From: Narcine bancroftii
Taxonomy: Eukaryota
Assembly: GCF_036971445.1 (NCBI RefSeq)
Contig: NC_091478.1
Location: 28,086,001 to 28,150,000 of the forward strand
Direction of reading: 5' to 3'
DNA length: 64,000 nucleotides
Shown: positions 47,211 through 60,865 of the stretch, one piece after another
How positions within the stretch are numbered: position 1 is the stretch's first letter
Layout of the letters: each line of letters opens with the position of its first letter
Position numbers and translations under genes: made by a program
The notes under the pieces: generated by a model
The model's input: the letters and a program-made list of their open reading frames with translations, nothing else
The model's database searches: none
Told to the model about the DNA's origin: nothing

Positions 47211-50200
47211 TTTCTCCCTTCCATTACACCCCATCCTCTGAAATGACTCTGTCTCCACAGTCACTCTCTTTTCATTCCCTCACATCAGGAAGAAAAGGTT
47301 CATCAAGTGTGAGATCACGCACCCTAGCTTTAAGGACAGTTCTTTTCCTGCCGTAATCAGACTCCTGGATGAACTTGACACCAATAAAATTATGCTGCCT
47401 TTGCTCCGTCCTAACTGGAACTTTTGTACTGGGTCTTACATGTTGTACTATGTTTAAGATGTTTAGCTGGGCTGCTCAAAAAACAACTTTATTACTGCAC
47501 CCTGGTGTTTGACAATGATTTAAAGACTAACTGAATCACAGCTGAAGCTGGTGGGTAAAGCAGAGACCAGTCCAGCAGAGGAACAGTCCCTTCAGCCCAC
47601 TTGTCTATGCCAAACACGATCCCATATTAAACTGAAACTCTGCTACTGGCCCATGATCCATATCCTTCCATCTCTTTCATGTTTATGTGTCTGTCTAGAA
47701 CCTCTTAAACACCACTATTGTATCTGCTTCCACCTCCAAATCTGCCAGCCTGTTCCAGGCACCCACCACACTGGGTGTAAACAGTTTGCCCCACAGCTCC
47801 TTTTAAACTCCCCCCCCTCACTGTAAATGCATACCCTCTAGGGTGTGACCTTTATACCCTGGAGACACTAAGCTCACGCTGTCAAGGTCTCTCATGATTA
47901 TATATATCTACCCTCACCCTCCTGCATTCCAGAGTCAACAACCCAGGTTTGGCCAATCTTTCCCCATAGCTCATACCCTCTCATCCAGACAACATCTTGG
48001 TAAATCTCTTCTATCCCATTTCCAAACCTCCACATTCTTCCTATAATAGGGGTTGCACCCAATACTCCAAATGTAGCCTAACCGATGTTTTTATATAGCT
48101 GCAAACATGACTTCCTTATTTTTGTACTCAATGCCCCACCCGATGAACACCACAAGTCTTCTTGAACATTCTCTACTTGTGTAGCCACTTTCAAGATCTA
48201 TGATAGACATCTACACTATCCACAACTCCACCAAATTTGCATCATTTATTTCTCATCTCTACTTACACTACCTTAGGAGATAAGCCCACCTTTACATCTC
48301 CTCTGACACTCTCCTTCATTGGCAGGTGCAACTCCTCACCACTTTTACCTCCCTCTCCCATCTAAAACAACCAAACTAAGAAATATTCAGCTGCCAACTT
48401 GTCCCCTTGCACCAAGTCTCTGTAATGATTACAACCTTGCAATTCCATCCTAGCTATTCACACTCCTCTGCCCTTTTGCAAAATTTTCAAGTATTTATCC
48501 AATTCTCCTTTGAAAATCGCGATCAAATCTGCTGCCACCATCCTCTCATGCAGTGCCTTCCAGATCTCCACATCATGTTTCTGCCTCATTTTCTCATTAG
48601 GATTCTCGTTCTCCCTCTTCCCTCTCCTCCACCACTGGAAACCCTCTTTTCCTCTTTACTCTGGCAAGAACTTTGATGATTTTCAACATTTTTAGGAAAT
48701 CTTGGAGTCAACCAGTTGCTCCAGTCTCTCTAAGCAACTGAAGGACCTCAATGATGGGATCTCCTCTGCTCCCTCCCCAAAGCCCTAACTGACATCCTTG
48801 CTGTGGCAGGGGCCCACAACCAGGCACAAAACTGAGGGCCAACCAATGATTTATAACTCTTTCATGCAATGCAAAAAAAGTATGTGTGGAAGGCATTAGG
48901 GATTGCTTTTTAGAACAGTACACCGTGGATTCCACTTGGGAATAGGCTACTTTAGATCTGGTCTTGTGTCTTGAGGAAGAATTAATGAAGGGCCTTGTGG
49001 TTAAAGATCTGTGAGGGAGGCATAATCACAGTGTGAAATAATTGCAAGTGCAGATTGAAGATAAACACCACAGTTCCATAGGCAGCGCCTTCAGTTTAAA
49101 TACAGGCAATTATAATGGCTTGAACGAGTTGTCCAGGTGGATTGGGCACACTAGCTGTCTGTAAGGACAGTGGCAGATCTTCAAACAGCTGGTCGCTAAT
49201 GCTCAGCACGTTTATCCCAATTAAAGAGCAGGACTGCGTGAGAAACATTGACAAGTAGCGTATCCCAAAGAGGCAAGGACTGGTGGTAGGCCAGAGGAGT
49301 GGGACATTTCTAGGAGCCTCCAGCAGAAGACTGAAATGCTCATAAGAGAGGAAATTAATTTTGAAAGAAAACTTATGTCATATAAAAATAGGAAGAGGAA
49401 ATTTGTTGAATAAATCTTTTTCATCAGTCTCCACCATGGAAGATTCTGCAAATATCCCCATGACAGGAGTCTAAGCAGCCATTCTCAACAGGGCCCTACG
49501 TGTGCCCGCCCCCCACCCCCCCCCACCCCACCCCCCGGAGCCACAGCACATTTATGTAAAAGTCTTGTTTTCTTTCCACCTCGCGTAACATAAATACTTT
49601 AAAATGTTTTTTTTATGTAGTCGGTAGGAGAGAAGTACGGAAGAAATCAAGACTTGACTGCTTCACAGAGAAAGGGCCCCTAAACTTTGAGCAGAGTTCT
49701 GGGGGTGAGGTGGGGGGGGGGGGGGGGATGATCACATAGCCAAAAAAAGGTTGGTTTGTGTCACAGAGCACGGGAAAAGGCCCATAGCCCCAACTTGTCC
49801 ACACCCAGCAACGTGCCATCCTATTTTTGTCCCACCACCACCTCCCCCCACCCATGGAATTATCTGAGGGTTCATTAAAGGGAGCTAATGTCCCAGCCTT
49901 CACCGCATTGTTGGGCAGCTTATTCCATGTGCTCACCACCCTCTGAGTAAAGAACTGTCCCCACATCCCTTCTAAATCCCACCGCCCCCTCACATTATAT
50001 CCTCTCATCTTAAATTCCTTTTCTCTAGGAAGTTCACCTTATCAATCATGATTTTATACACCTCACTAAACCTCCCTCTCAACCTCCTATTTTGAAGTAA
50101 ACTGGTCTAGTTTTTCCACGTTCTCACGATAACCCGTAATCTGGCAACAACTTGGTGAACCTTTTCTGCACCCTTTCCAACTTTATAAGATCCTTCTTAC

Positions 50201-51254
50201 AGCTCAGCGACCAAAACTGTACACGATATTCCAAGTGTGGCCTCTCCACCATCTTGTACATTTTCAACATGACATCCCCACACTCGTATTCAATGCCCCA
50301 GCTGATGAAGACGAGCGTCCCAAACGCTCTCTTCACTGCTCTCTCTACCTGTGCTGCCATCTTCAAAGAGCTGTGTATCTGCACCCCTTGGTCCCTCTGC
50401 TCCATGATGCTCTTCAGAACCTTGTGTTTACACAGCAAGCCTTGGTTACCATAATGGTTAAGCGCAACGCTGTTACAGCACCAGTGATCGGGATAGAGGT
50501 TCAAATCCCGCTTATGTTCTCCCCATGTCTGTGTGGGTTTCCTCCGGGTGCTTTGGTTTCCACCTACGCTTCAAAAATGTACCAGAGGTTGGAGGTTAAT
50601 TGGGTGTAATTGGACAGCATGGGCTTGTGGGCTGGAAGGGCCTGTTACCATTTAAATTTTTACATTTAAACTTTAAAAGACTTGCCCTACTTCAATTTAT
50701 ACCTCTCACTTTTCAGAATTCAACCACATCTGCCATTCCTTCATCCAGTTCCCTGTCTGATCTCGATCCCATTGTAAACTTGGGTGTCCCCACTGCCCAC
50801 TGTATCACATATTTTCATGTCAGCAGGAAAATTATCTTGCCACAAACATCTTTGTCCAAATTATTTGCGTAGGTTACAAAGGTCTTAGTAGTAAGGCTGA
50901 AAGCCTTAAGGCTGAAAGCCACCCTCTGCAACCACTTTCTGACTCCAATCTCTAAGCCAATTGTCTAGCTGGTCTCCTATTTCTTGTGCCTTAACCTTCC
51001 ACATCAATCTACAATGTGAGACCTTGTCAAACTTTTGACTAAAATCTAAAGTCCAATTCAAAGTCATACAATAGAACTTAAAATTTCTAAATACAAGGGA
51101 TAGATTATTGGAGAAACTGTGGACAAGAGGTGGATAAGTCACCAGGACCTGATGGACTGCACATGAGGATTTTAAAGGGAGTGGCTGCAGGGAGAGTGAA
51201 ATTTTTGTAACTCACTGAATTCCAGGAGGGTACAAGAATAGAAAAGATCCAATA

Positions 51255-53668
51255 GCCCCTTTCACACTGCCGACCCTCCGGGAAACTGGAAAAATTGCAG
51301 GGCAAGCTGAGCCTGGGAGCCTTTCACACTGCAGCATTATTTTCCGGTAACTCTGCAACTCAGGAATTTAAGGTGGTGGGGGGGGGGGGGGTCCTGCATC
51401 CAGCGGTGACATCACAAGTGACATATTACGTACAGCTCTCTGACAGCCCAGCTGGCAGCACAGTTACATTTCACAGCTGTCCATCCTGCCAATTGATTCA
51501 TGGCCAATAATTTTTTTCATACACACCAAATCAGCTGTAAGTGAAAATCTCCTTCCCTGGTATAAAACGAAAAACACTCCTTCTATTCCCTCTCCAGTGA
51601 GAACATTCACGTTTATTTTGCTAACGTGTTGCCATAACATAATTAGCCTTTGTATCTGCTTCGGATTGGTGTAATTCAGCTTCCATAATTAGATTGACGA
51701 CATTGTTTTTTTCAATTGCACATAATTGTGCTGAGTTAGAACCAGTTATCTTGTTTTTGGCTCAACTTGCTCACTTATCATTTTTCAATGGGAAGAAACA
51801 ATCTTTCAGAGTTACCCAACTTTGCTGCAGCAGGGACCATTCTAAGAGAATGGTCTATTTCATTTTGAAACTGATTCCGTGTTCAGTTCAGCCTGAAAAG
51901 GTACAAAAGGGGTGAGTGTATTTTGTCTAGAGCAGAGAGAGTAGCCAAGAAGCCCCAGCTACTTGTAGGCAATGGACAATCCGCACTTTCCCCTGCTGGG
52001 GCGGCTCAGGAGGTGTCTGTTTGATACCTGCACATCCAGTGTGTTCCTGTGATAGGAGAACATTCTGGAGGGGAAAGTCTCACGCCACTTCCCTGGGTAA
52101 CATGATTGTTATTCAAAGAGGAAGTGGTGGCCACGGAGGGGAGCTCAGTTTATGCTTGGATAGTGTGGGAATTTGGGTGCCGTTTGAACCATGTGTTCCC
52201 TTGACAGCCTGATGTCATATCTGTGCAACAGTGCACCTTGCTATGGCAGCTGTTGCCCCAATTCCAAGAATTTTACAGTAACTAGATTGATCTATGCATT
52301 AATTTTGCTTCTGGGCCCTCTTGTGGCTTGTATTATGCTGGCATCAGGAATAACAAGGTTTTTGTGAAGAACAGCGCAGTAGGCGATGGGGCTGTCAGGA
52401 TGGTGCAGGGAAGTGGGGTCGGTGTGGGGCTAATGGGGGGGGATGGGGCAAGAGGAAGGGGGAATGGAAGAGAGGAGGAGGGAGTGGGGAGGGAGGGGAA
52501 AGGAGGAGGAAGGGAGCGGGGTGGGAGGGCTGTCAGTCAGCGGGGCTCAGAAAGCAGAGAGGGGGATGTCAGACAGCGGGGTGGGGAGGTGCTGTCAGGC
52601 AGTGGGGCGGATGGCTGTCAGAGCATGGCTGCCAGGGTTGTCAAGAGTGCAGCCAGCCTGGATAGGAAGATAGATGAGAATGACTGAAGACAGTTATGTA
52701 AAGATAATATGATGAAAATTATTAATGTAAGATAAAGATTGGTTCCATATAATTTTCTACATCAATTATAGTTAACTCCTCAAAAATATTTTTAAAAATT
52801 AACATTATCGGATTTATGTTTTAGATATGGTTGAGAGATAGGTTCATTTTTTCATTCTACCTGGCAATGTACTAAGGTTAAACCTTTTTGGATACAAGTG
52901 AAAATATTTTTGGAAAACTCCCGCTTGATCCAATGTTATTTTTAATCAGGTAATATTAAAACGGTTGGTTTTAAATTAAGATTAACTATGTATAAAATTG
53001 AACTTTTTTGATTAGCTTTAACTATTTCTAAGAAGTGTGTAGCCATTACTTGTAAATCAGATATGATTTAGAAATGCAAAGATGGCATACGGAGTTACGA
53101 TCTTGTATTCCACTTGAACAAAATAACTTGTAGTTTACGTAATGAATATCATTTATTTTTGAAATATGGAGCCTATATTTAAGATATGTTGGTTTGAAGA
53201 TTTAGAACTCTCAATAACCCATCCCAATGGTGATTTTCAGCTTCACATTTCTTGATTTGAAGTTGTGTATGTATTTTGACAATCTCCTTTTGGAGGGAGC
53301 GATTAGGGCTAAATATATATACAGCACATGTATTTTTTTTTACAATTCATTATTAATAATTGTATTTGTGATTTACAATTTGTAAATAAAATATTAAAAA
53401 TAAGAGCACAGCCAGCTGTGCTGTGAAATTTACCTGTCAGACTGACTCAAGCACGTTATTAATGGTACCTGGTAAGTCAAGTAGACCATTCACACCGCCA
53501 GAAGCCAATTGGTGAGTTTACTCGGCTGGGCTCTGATACACACCCCCACCATGTATCAGAGCTCAGTTGAAATTGACTCACCCTGCCCCGGTTATGTCAT
53601 TTCAAACTGCAATTTGACCCACCAAATTGGAGGGTTAACTCACATGTAATCAGCAGTGTGAAAGGGGA
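51255..53668. mobile_element. Harbinger-like non-autonomous element (2.4 kb including a nested L1) inserted in a CR1 RT fragment (about 51095-54030)
   Basis: TIRs GCCCCTTTCACACTGC / GCAGTGTGAAAGGGG. CR1 motifs continue across it (DKSPGPDG...N | VT.LFKK...VSLT). Confidence 0.75.
52658..53401 (+). mobile_element. 5'-truncated L1 3' end
   Basis: Degenerate CCHC region (CFR...H.TW.C..VK.FW), AATAAA and A-tail; TSD AAGAGTGCAGCCAGC (52643-52657) / AAGAGCACAGCCAGC (53402-53416). Confidence 0.8.
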
Positions 53669-56600
53669 TGTGACTATCTTGTTCAAAAAAGAAGAAAGGC
53701 AGAAGTACAGTCAGTTAGTTTAACAGCTATAATTGGCAAAATGCCAGGGTCAATGATCAAAATGGAAATAATAAATCAATTAGAAAAGCTGAACATAATT
53801 AAAACAGTTTTATGAAAGGTATGTTCGACAAATCAATCTCTGATGATGTGACAACGAACATTGATAGAGGTGCATTTAGATTTCAAAAAGGCATTTGTAA
53901 AGGTACAACTGAAGAGGCTGATGAATAAATTAAAAGCCTGTCATGTCAGAATGGATTCAAAATTGGCTGTCTCATAGAAATCAGAAGTGGAATAAATGGG
54001 ATCTTTTTGAACTGGAAGGAGATAATAAGTTCCCAGCATTCCCCAAGTAACTTCATTCAGAAGAGAAATTGGGATGATTTTGATTATACATCAAGCTCTG
54101 AGACTTATGGAAACAGTGCTCAGTGTGCATCGATATCATTCAAAGCAGGCCACCCTCGTCCCTACATTGCAATAGTAGCTACCTCAACTACTTCCTCCAT
54201 TAGTCTGTTCCACACAACACCTTCTGCATAAGTTACCCCTCAGGTTACTGATTCCCTACTCTAGGCAAAGGATTCTCTGTATTCTATTCCTCCCATAATT
54301 TTGAACACCACTGGGAGATCACTCCCCATTCTCCTGCACTTTTATTGCCATCTGATTCCACAAGTGCAACCCTACGAAACAAAATATGCAGACACACAAC
54401 CAGACATAACACCCATACAAACAGTACACATGCAGGACCTATATTCATATGTACAAATAAATAAATAAATAAAATTTGGTTTGTGAATAGGAGTCTCAGA
54501 TGGTTAGTATGAGCAGTTCCTTTGGTCGTTCCTAACCAACTTCCAACCTCTCACCTGCCTCCGTCCTACATATGATCCTACCCTCCTGCCGATGTAGTTT
54601 AAACCCACTCATGTAATACTCCAGTGGAGACCTAGCCATGGCCTGAAATGAAATGCATCACAAATGTCCATGGAGCAAAGGGAAGGGACTGCGTAGACAG
54701 GAGTGTGGGGAGGAAGGCTGCGTTCTATATCTGTAAAGCAATGCTTTTTGATTGCTCTAAATATCATTGTGAAACTCCACCCGACGTTGAGGGAAGACAC
54801 AGTCACAGGGTGACACTGAATAAAGCTGACAAAAGTTTGCAAACATTCTCAAGAGCAAGCCCTCTGCACACCAGCAGAAAGAAAATGGTGACTATTTAAT
54901 TTGACTGACCCAGCATATCCAGCAGGGTCAGACTTTATTAAGATGAAGACCACACCAAAAGCTGGAGTAGAGCAGAGAAAAAAGGCCAGGCAATGTTAAA
55001 AAATAAATAAACACCTTTGTCCAGGGGAATGGCTTGCAAAAGCTGCTTATTAGTTGAAGTGACGTGGTAGAGATCTGAGGGAGCGCTCCAGCTCAGGCCG
55101 TGCAGAGACTAACGACACTCTCTGATCACAGCTGGTCACACACTGCGTTAGGCCTGCACCTCACTCGCTTTCCAAAAGGAAGATTATTTAGAGTAACAAA
55201 TTCTTTGTCAATTTTCAATTCTCCCCTTGGCCATGACTGTGCATGACTACATTGCACCTCGATACCTTGCCCCTAGCAACCAGCTAAAGCAGCGTGCTGA
55301 CCCTAGCGACAGTCTCTTGTAAGCATCCTTCGACAAGCTTTATCGTCAAGTAGTTCAACTAATCCTTGACATTAACCTGGAGTGGAGTGTTATTGTGTTG
55401 CAGATTCTCAACGTTGGAGGTGACCCAAAACCCACTGGAGTCAAGATTTTAACCCTTCCTGCCCTGCTTTGCTCAGAGGGAAGGGCAGCCACATCAGGAG
55501 TTTGCTCAGAGATGGCTTTGGGATAGGAGAAAGGAGTGGAGAGGTGTAGAGGGAGTTGCAGAGATCAGGACCATACATCTTAAAGCACAGCCACGGATGG
55601 GGTGCCATGGAAATTTTGCCGAGGACAAAAATATGGGCAGGAATTGGTCATGGTCCCTCAAACCTACTCTGCCAGTCAATGCTGATGGCTGTTCTAATCT
55701 CCACCTCCCTGTGTGTTTCCAATAATCCTCGATTCTCTACAGTCCAAATTATGCCTCAGTTCTAGTCTGCTGAAGGGTATGCACCCAAATCCTTGGGGCT
55801 GAGACTGCTCTCATTGAGAAAATTCCCTCGTCTTTCATGTCTTTCCCCAGCTACTTTTAGAATGTTTCGGGGATGAAGACATTATATAAGATGGGCTGGG
55901 TACTGTTGTTGTGGAATGTAAGCTCAGCAGTTCATGACCAGAATGAACCGGGCAGATTGATCAGCGATAAAGATTACGAGTTTATTGTCACACACATTGA
56001 ACAGTGTATACATCTACTAAAATTCTTGCAGCCACACACTTTGTAAAAAAAACCCAACTCCCATAGTATACATTAAGTTACCCCAGCATTGATTATTTAA
56101 AAAAAAAATATATTTTGGACATACAGCACAATAACCGCCCCTTTCAGCCTACGGCCCTGTGCTGGCCAATAGTGCAGACAAGTCTTTTTGTGTAGTTTAT
56201 ACTTAAGGTAGTACGTTTTCAAGAGCCTGATAGCCACTTGAAAGAAACTGTTCTTGAAACTAGACGTTCTGGTCTTCAGGCTTCTGTACCTTCTGCTCGA
56301 AGGGGGCAGTGAGAAGAGGTTGTGACCACGGTGACGGGGGTCCTTTATGATGTCAGCTGCCTTCAATGAGCAGAATGACTTAAGAAGTGGTAGCCTTATC
56401 TATCTAATCCACTGGATTGAAGGAGGTGCAAACCCATTTCTCACAGGACTGAAGGAGAGACTTGACCTGAATAATTCGATGCTTAAAACCAGGTCTCAGA
56501 AGGATGAGTGCCAGGTTAAAACAGAGAACAGTACACAACAGATACAGTCCCTTCAGCACACGTGTCTGCATGAAACTAAAATTCTGCTGCCTGCATATGA

Positions 56601-58079
56601 TCCATATCCATCCATTCCCTGCATATTCATGAATACATCTAGAAGCCTCTTAAATACTACTATTGTATACATGAGGTAGCCCATACCAGGCACCCACCAC
56701 TCTCTGATAAAAAATATTTGCTCATATCTCCCTTAAACCTTCCTCCCCCTCTCCTCATATGCATGTCCTCTTGTGCGTGAAAAGATTCTGACTGTCCACC
56801 CTATCAATGACACTCGAAATTTTATAAACCCTCATCAGGGTTTCCCCTCTGCCTACGACGCTCCAGAGAAAACAACCCAAGTTTGTCCAGCCTCTCCCCA
56901 TAATTTCATACACTGTGATCCACGCAACATCCTGGTAAATCTCTTCTGAACCCTTTACAGAGCCTCCACATCCTTCCTGGAATGGGGCAACTAGAACTGC
57001 ACACTTTATTCCAAGTGCTTGACCATAGTTTTACATATTGTGAGTGAGCATGCCGCAGTCTCTAGGCTTGTGCCAGGGCACTGCTCTGCAGCACTCTACT
57101 GGGGCAACAGAGCAAAGGCCGATCCCTCATTACGTCACTCAAGAGTGCAAAACGAGATGGAACACGATAAAAGAGATTCAAAGGGAAAGAATCCTCAGTC
57201 AACACTTTGAACATCAAAAAAAAAACCCAGAACCAGCATTACTTAGAGAACGTATGCTGTGATTAAACACACAAACAGGCGGGATGGCAACAAATGCCTT
57301 GGGCCATCGATGCACGGTCTTTCTCCATCACTTCATGAAGAGCTAAAAACGGAAAAGCAAAGAGGTGGGGAGAGTGGGAGGCAGGGCTGAAAAGGAGAAT
57401 GTACGTAGTCAGCGAGCGTGGGGAGACTTTCCTCCCCCAGACAATAATTGTTCAAGATTTCAGCACTCCACCAATACTGCTTCTTCATTCCCCTCAAGAT
57501 TAATCATCTGCCATCTGCACGATCCAACACACAAGAATTTCCTCCTTAAATGTCTCTGTCTCTCTACCCCATCACCTGTAAGATGGTGCTTAAAATCTTC
57601 CTTTTCATGATGTTCCACAGAAAACAATCCAAGTTTTAACACCTGAGTTAATATTTCCTGGTCGATCTCATCCCATGCTTTATGTGAAATGAAAACCTGC
57701 TGCATGTGCTCAGGGACACAGAAACACAGAGACAGCCAATTTGGCCCAGGTCGCCTCTCCCTGACACATGCAATCAATCGGTTCTCATCCCTTTTATACA
57801 CCCTGTGTTTGACCCGTGCACCAACCCAAAACTTTTCTTAACCACAACTCTGACAATGAATTCCAGAGACTCAAGATTTTTTTTAAACACATGAACTTCC
57901 TCCATGGCAGACACCATTTCCCTGGCTCTCCCCTTGGACCTGAACCATAAGGGCATGCATGTCAGACAACAGTTCTGTCTTCAATACCACAACCCCAGCA
58001 AATTCATCCCCAAACTTTGAGATCTAGGCCTCAGTGCTTCCCTGAAACGACACCCTTGACTTCCTGTCTAACAGACTGC

Positions 58080-58830
58080 AATCAGTGAAGTTGGGAAATG
58101 TCATCTCATGATCACATTTCACACCAGTGCTCAAAAATGTGGACTCAGTCCCCAACTACACTCCCTCCACACCCACAACTATACAGCTAAATACCATTCC
58201 AACTCCATCTTCTAATTCCACACCACAGTTGTGGGCCAGATATCAAATAACAATGAGACTGAATATAGGAAAGAGAATGAAAGTCTAGTGGCATGGTGCC
58301 AAGATAACAACCTCTTTCTCAACATCAATAAGATGATCAATGACTTCAGGAAAAGGGGGAAGTCCATACCCCTGTCCACATTAATGGCACTGAAGTGGAA
58401 AGAGTCGATAGCTCTAAGTTAGGAATAATTATTTGCAATGACTTGACTAGGGACAAGCATGTTGACGTGACAGTCAAGAAGGTGCACCAATACTTCTACT
58501 TTCTCAGAGGTTTGGGATGTGCCCCCGTCCCTCAACAACTTCTACAGGGGCACCAGCGAGAGCAGACTTGCTGGGTGCATGACAGTGTGGGATGGGAGCT
58601 GCTCTGCTCAAGATCAGAAGAAGTTATAGGAGGTGGTGAATGCATCACACAAATTTCCCTCCCCTCCATGGACTCTATCTACATCTCCACTGTCTGGGAA
58701 AGACAGCCAATACACTAAAAGTCCCATCATACCCCAGACACACTCTCTTCTCAAGAGTGTGAAAATAAACACCACTGGCTTTAAGACAGTTTCATCCCCA
58801 CAGCCATCAAGCTCCTGAATGAACCCCACA
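58080..58830 (+). mobile_element. Degenerate Rex1/Babar-like LINE RT fragment
   Basis: VVGQISNNNETEYR.E...LVAWCQDNNL.LNI.K; KK..Q..YFLR; NNFYRG. Confidence 0.6.
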
Positions 58831-60324
58831 ACAGCCCTCCCATTCTACCCTTGTTTGGTGCTAATTGATCTTTTGTTCCATTGAAACACAGTGTATTATT
58901 GGTTCTAACGATACTGTAACTGGATTGGAGAGCTTAAGTTATAAGGAAATACTGGATAGGCTGGTCTGTTTTCCAGAGTGAAGGCGGCTGAGACCTAACA
59001 TAAAGGAGGTATATAAAATTATGAGAGGCATGGACAGGACAGATATTCAGTCTGTTTAGCACAGTAAGGGAGTCTAAAACTAGAGGGCATTGGTTTAACA
59101 TGAGGTTTAAAGGAGATCAGAGGGGTAAATTGTCCCCACAAAAAATATGGAATAAGCTGCCAGAAGCAGGAACAGTTGAGAATCCAGACAGGTACTTAAA
59201 TAAGAGGGTATGGAGGGATATGGAATTATTGTGGTATAGATAGGCATGATATTCAGAATTGACAGAGGGGTTGAAGAGCCTGTTTCTAGATCCACAATTC
59301 TGATTTAATAACACAATACTTTATTTTTTATCATGTGATGCTACATAGATGATAACATACTGCTTTATATTTTTATATTTTATATTCTCTGCACCGTGCA
59401 GAGGATATTTACCAGGATGTTGCCTGGATTAGAGAATATGTCTTAAAAGACAAGGTTAACAGAGCTAGGGCTCTTCTCTTTAGAGCGAAGAAGGATGAGA
59501 GGAGACAATAGAGGCCATCAAGATTACGAAAGGCATAGATAGGGTGGACAGCCAGCACCTTTTCCCAGGGCAACAACAGCAAACACCAGACGACATTTAT
59601 TTAAGGTGAGGTAGTTTAGGAAGATGGCAGAAGTAAGATTTAAAAAAAACCAGAGTGGTGGGTACCTGGAATGCATTGCCAGGGGTGGCAATGAAGACTG
59701 GTACAACAGAGACATTCAAAAGGTTCTTAAACAGGCACTTGGATGAAAGAAAAATAGAGCATTGTGAGGTAGGGAAGGTTTAGATTTTTTCAGTAAGTTT
59801 ATATAGGTCGGCAAAACATCGTGGTTGAGGGAAAGAATGAGAGAAGACACAAGGCTGGCCAGGTGCTCCCCACTATCCTCACTGTGGGGTGCCCTCTTGT
59901 CCTGGTAACACCAGCAATCAAGTGCATCCATTCATTTCATTGGTGTTCAATATTTATTGAAAAATAAAAATTGCGAGAGAGAAAGTCCATGGGAGGGAAG
60001 AACTTGATACCTTAACAACTTCAACAAAACACTCTCACTGTGAGGATCTCTTTTCATTTTTGCAAAGCTGTTTTTTGTCCTCAGCAACAATGTTCCAAAT
60101 GCTTTATACCACACACGCACCTTTCAAAACAATCTGCTGTCTGTCTGAGGCCATCTCCAGTTTCCTCCGGTGTGCGTACACATGCAGTCACAAGGTATCA
60201 CACTGCTCGTAGGCAGTGGCTAGAGGGTTAGAGTGTAGACCATTCTATTGGGTGGGCTCAGAGGATCAAGGTTTAGCTCAGACAAGGGAATCACAACCAA
60301 GATCATTTAAGTGGGATGATGTTG

Positions 60325-60865
60325 GGGGGTGGAGAAGGGGGAGAGGAGAGGAGGTGGGGGAGGGAGGGAGCAAGATGGGGAGGGAGAAAGACAGGGAGGG
60401 AGGATGGAGGGGAGAGGAGGAGGATGGAGGGGAAAGGAGGAGGAGGAGAAGAGGGGGAGGAGAACAGGGGAAGAGGGAGAGGATGGGGGATTGAAGAGGA
60501 GGGTAGGGCAAAGGGGAGAACGGGGGCAAAGGGGAGGACAAATGGCAAAGGGGAGGACAGACGGCAAAGGGGAGGACAGGGGGGGCAAAGGGGAGGATGG
60601 GGGGCAAAGGGGAGGACAGGGGGGCAAAGGGGAGGACAGGGGAGCTAAGGGGAGGACAGCGGGGGCAAAGGGGAGGACAGGGGGGGCAAAGGGGAGGACG
60701 TGGGGCAAAGGGGATGGGGCAAAGAGGAGGATGGGGGCAAAGGGAGGACGGGGGCAAAGGGGAGGACGGGGGCAAAGGGGAGGACGGGGGCAAAGGGGAG
60801 GATGGGGGCAAAGGGGAGGATGGGGGGAAAAGGGGAGGATGGGGGGGGCAAAGGGGAGGAGGAGG
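60325..60865. repeat. Polypurine low-complexity tract grading into an 18-19-bp minisatellite (GGGGGCAAAGGGGAGGAC)
   Basis: Directly visible; roughly 18 variable units from about 60505. Confidence 0.9.

Noticed and set aside
52328-52380. GIRNNKVF resembling the Myb/SANT (trihelix) protein of Harbinger elements
   Set aside because: The match is too short, and the flanking Trp and QC.K motifs are absent.
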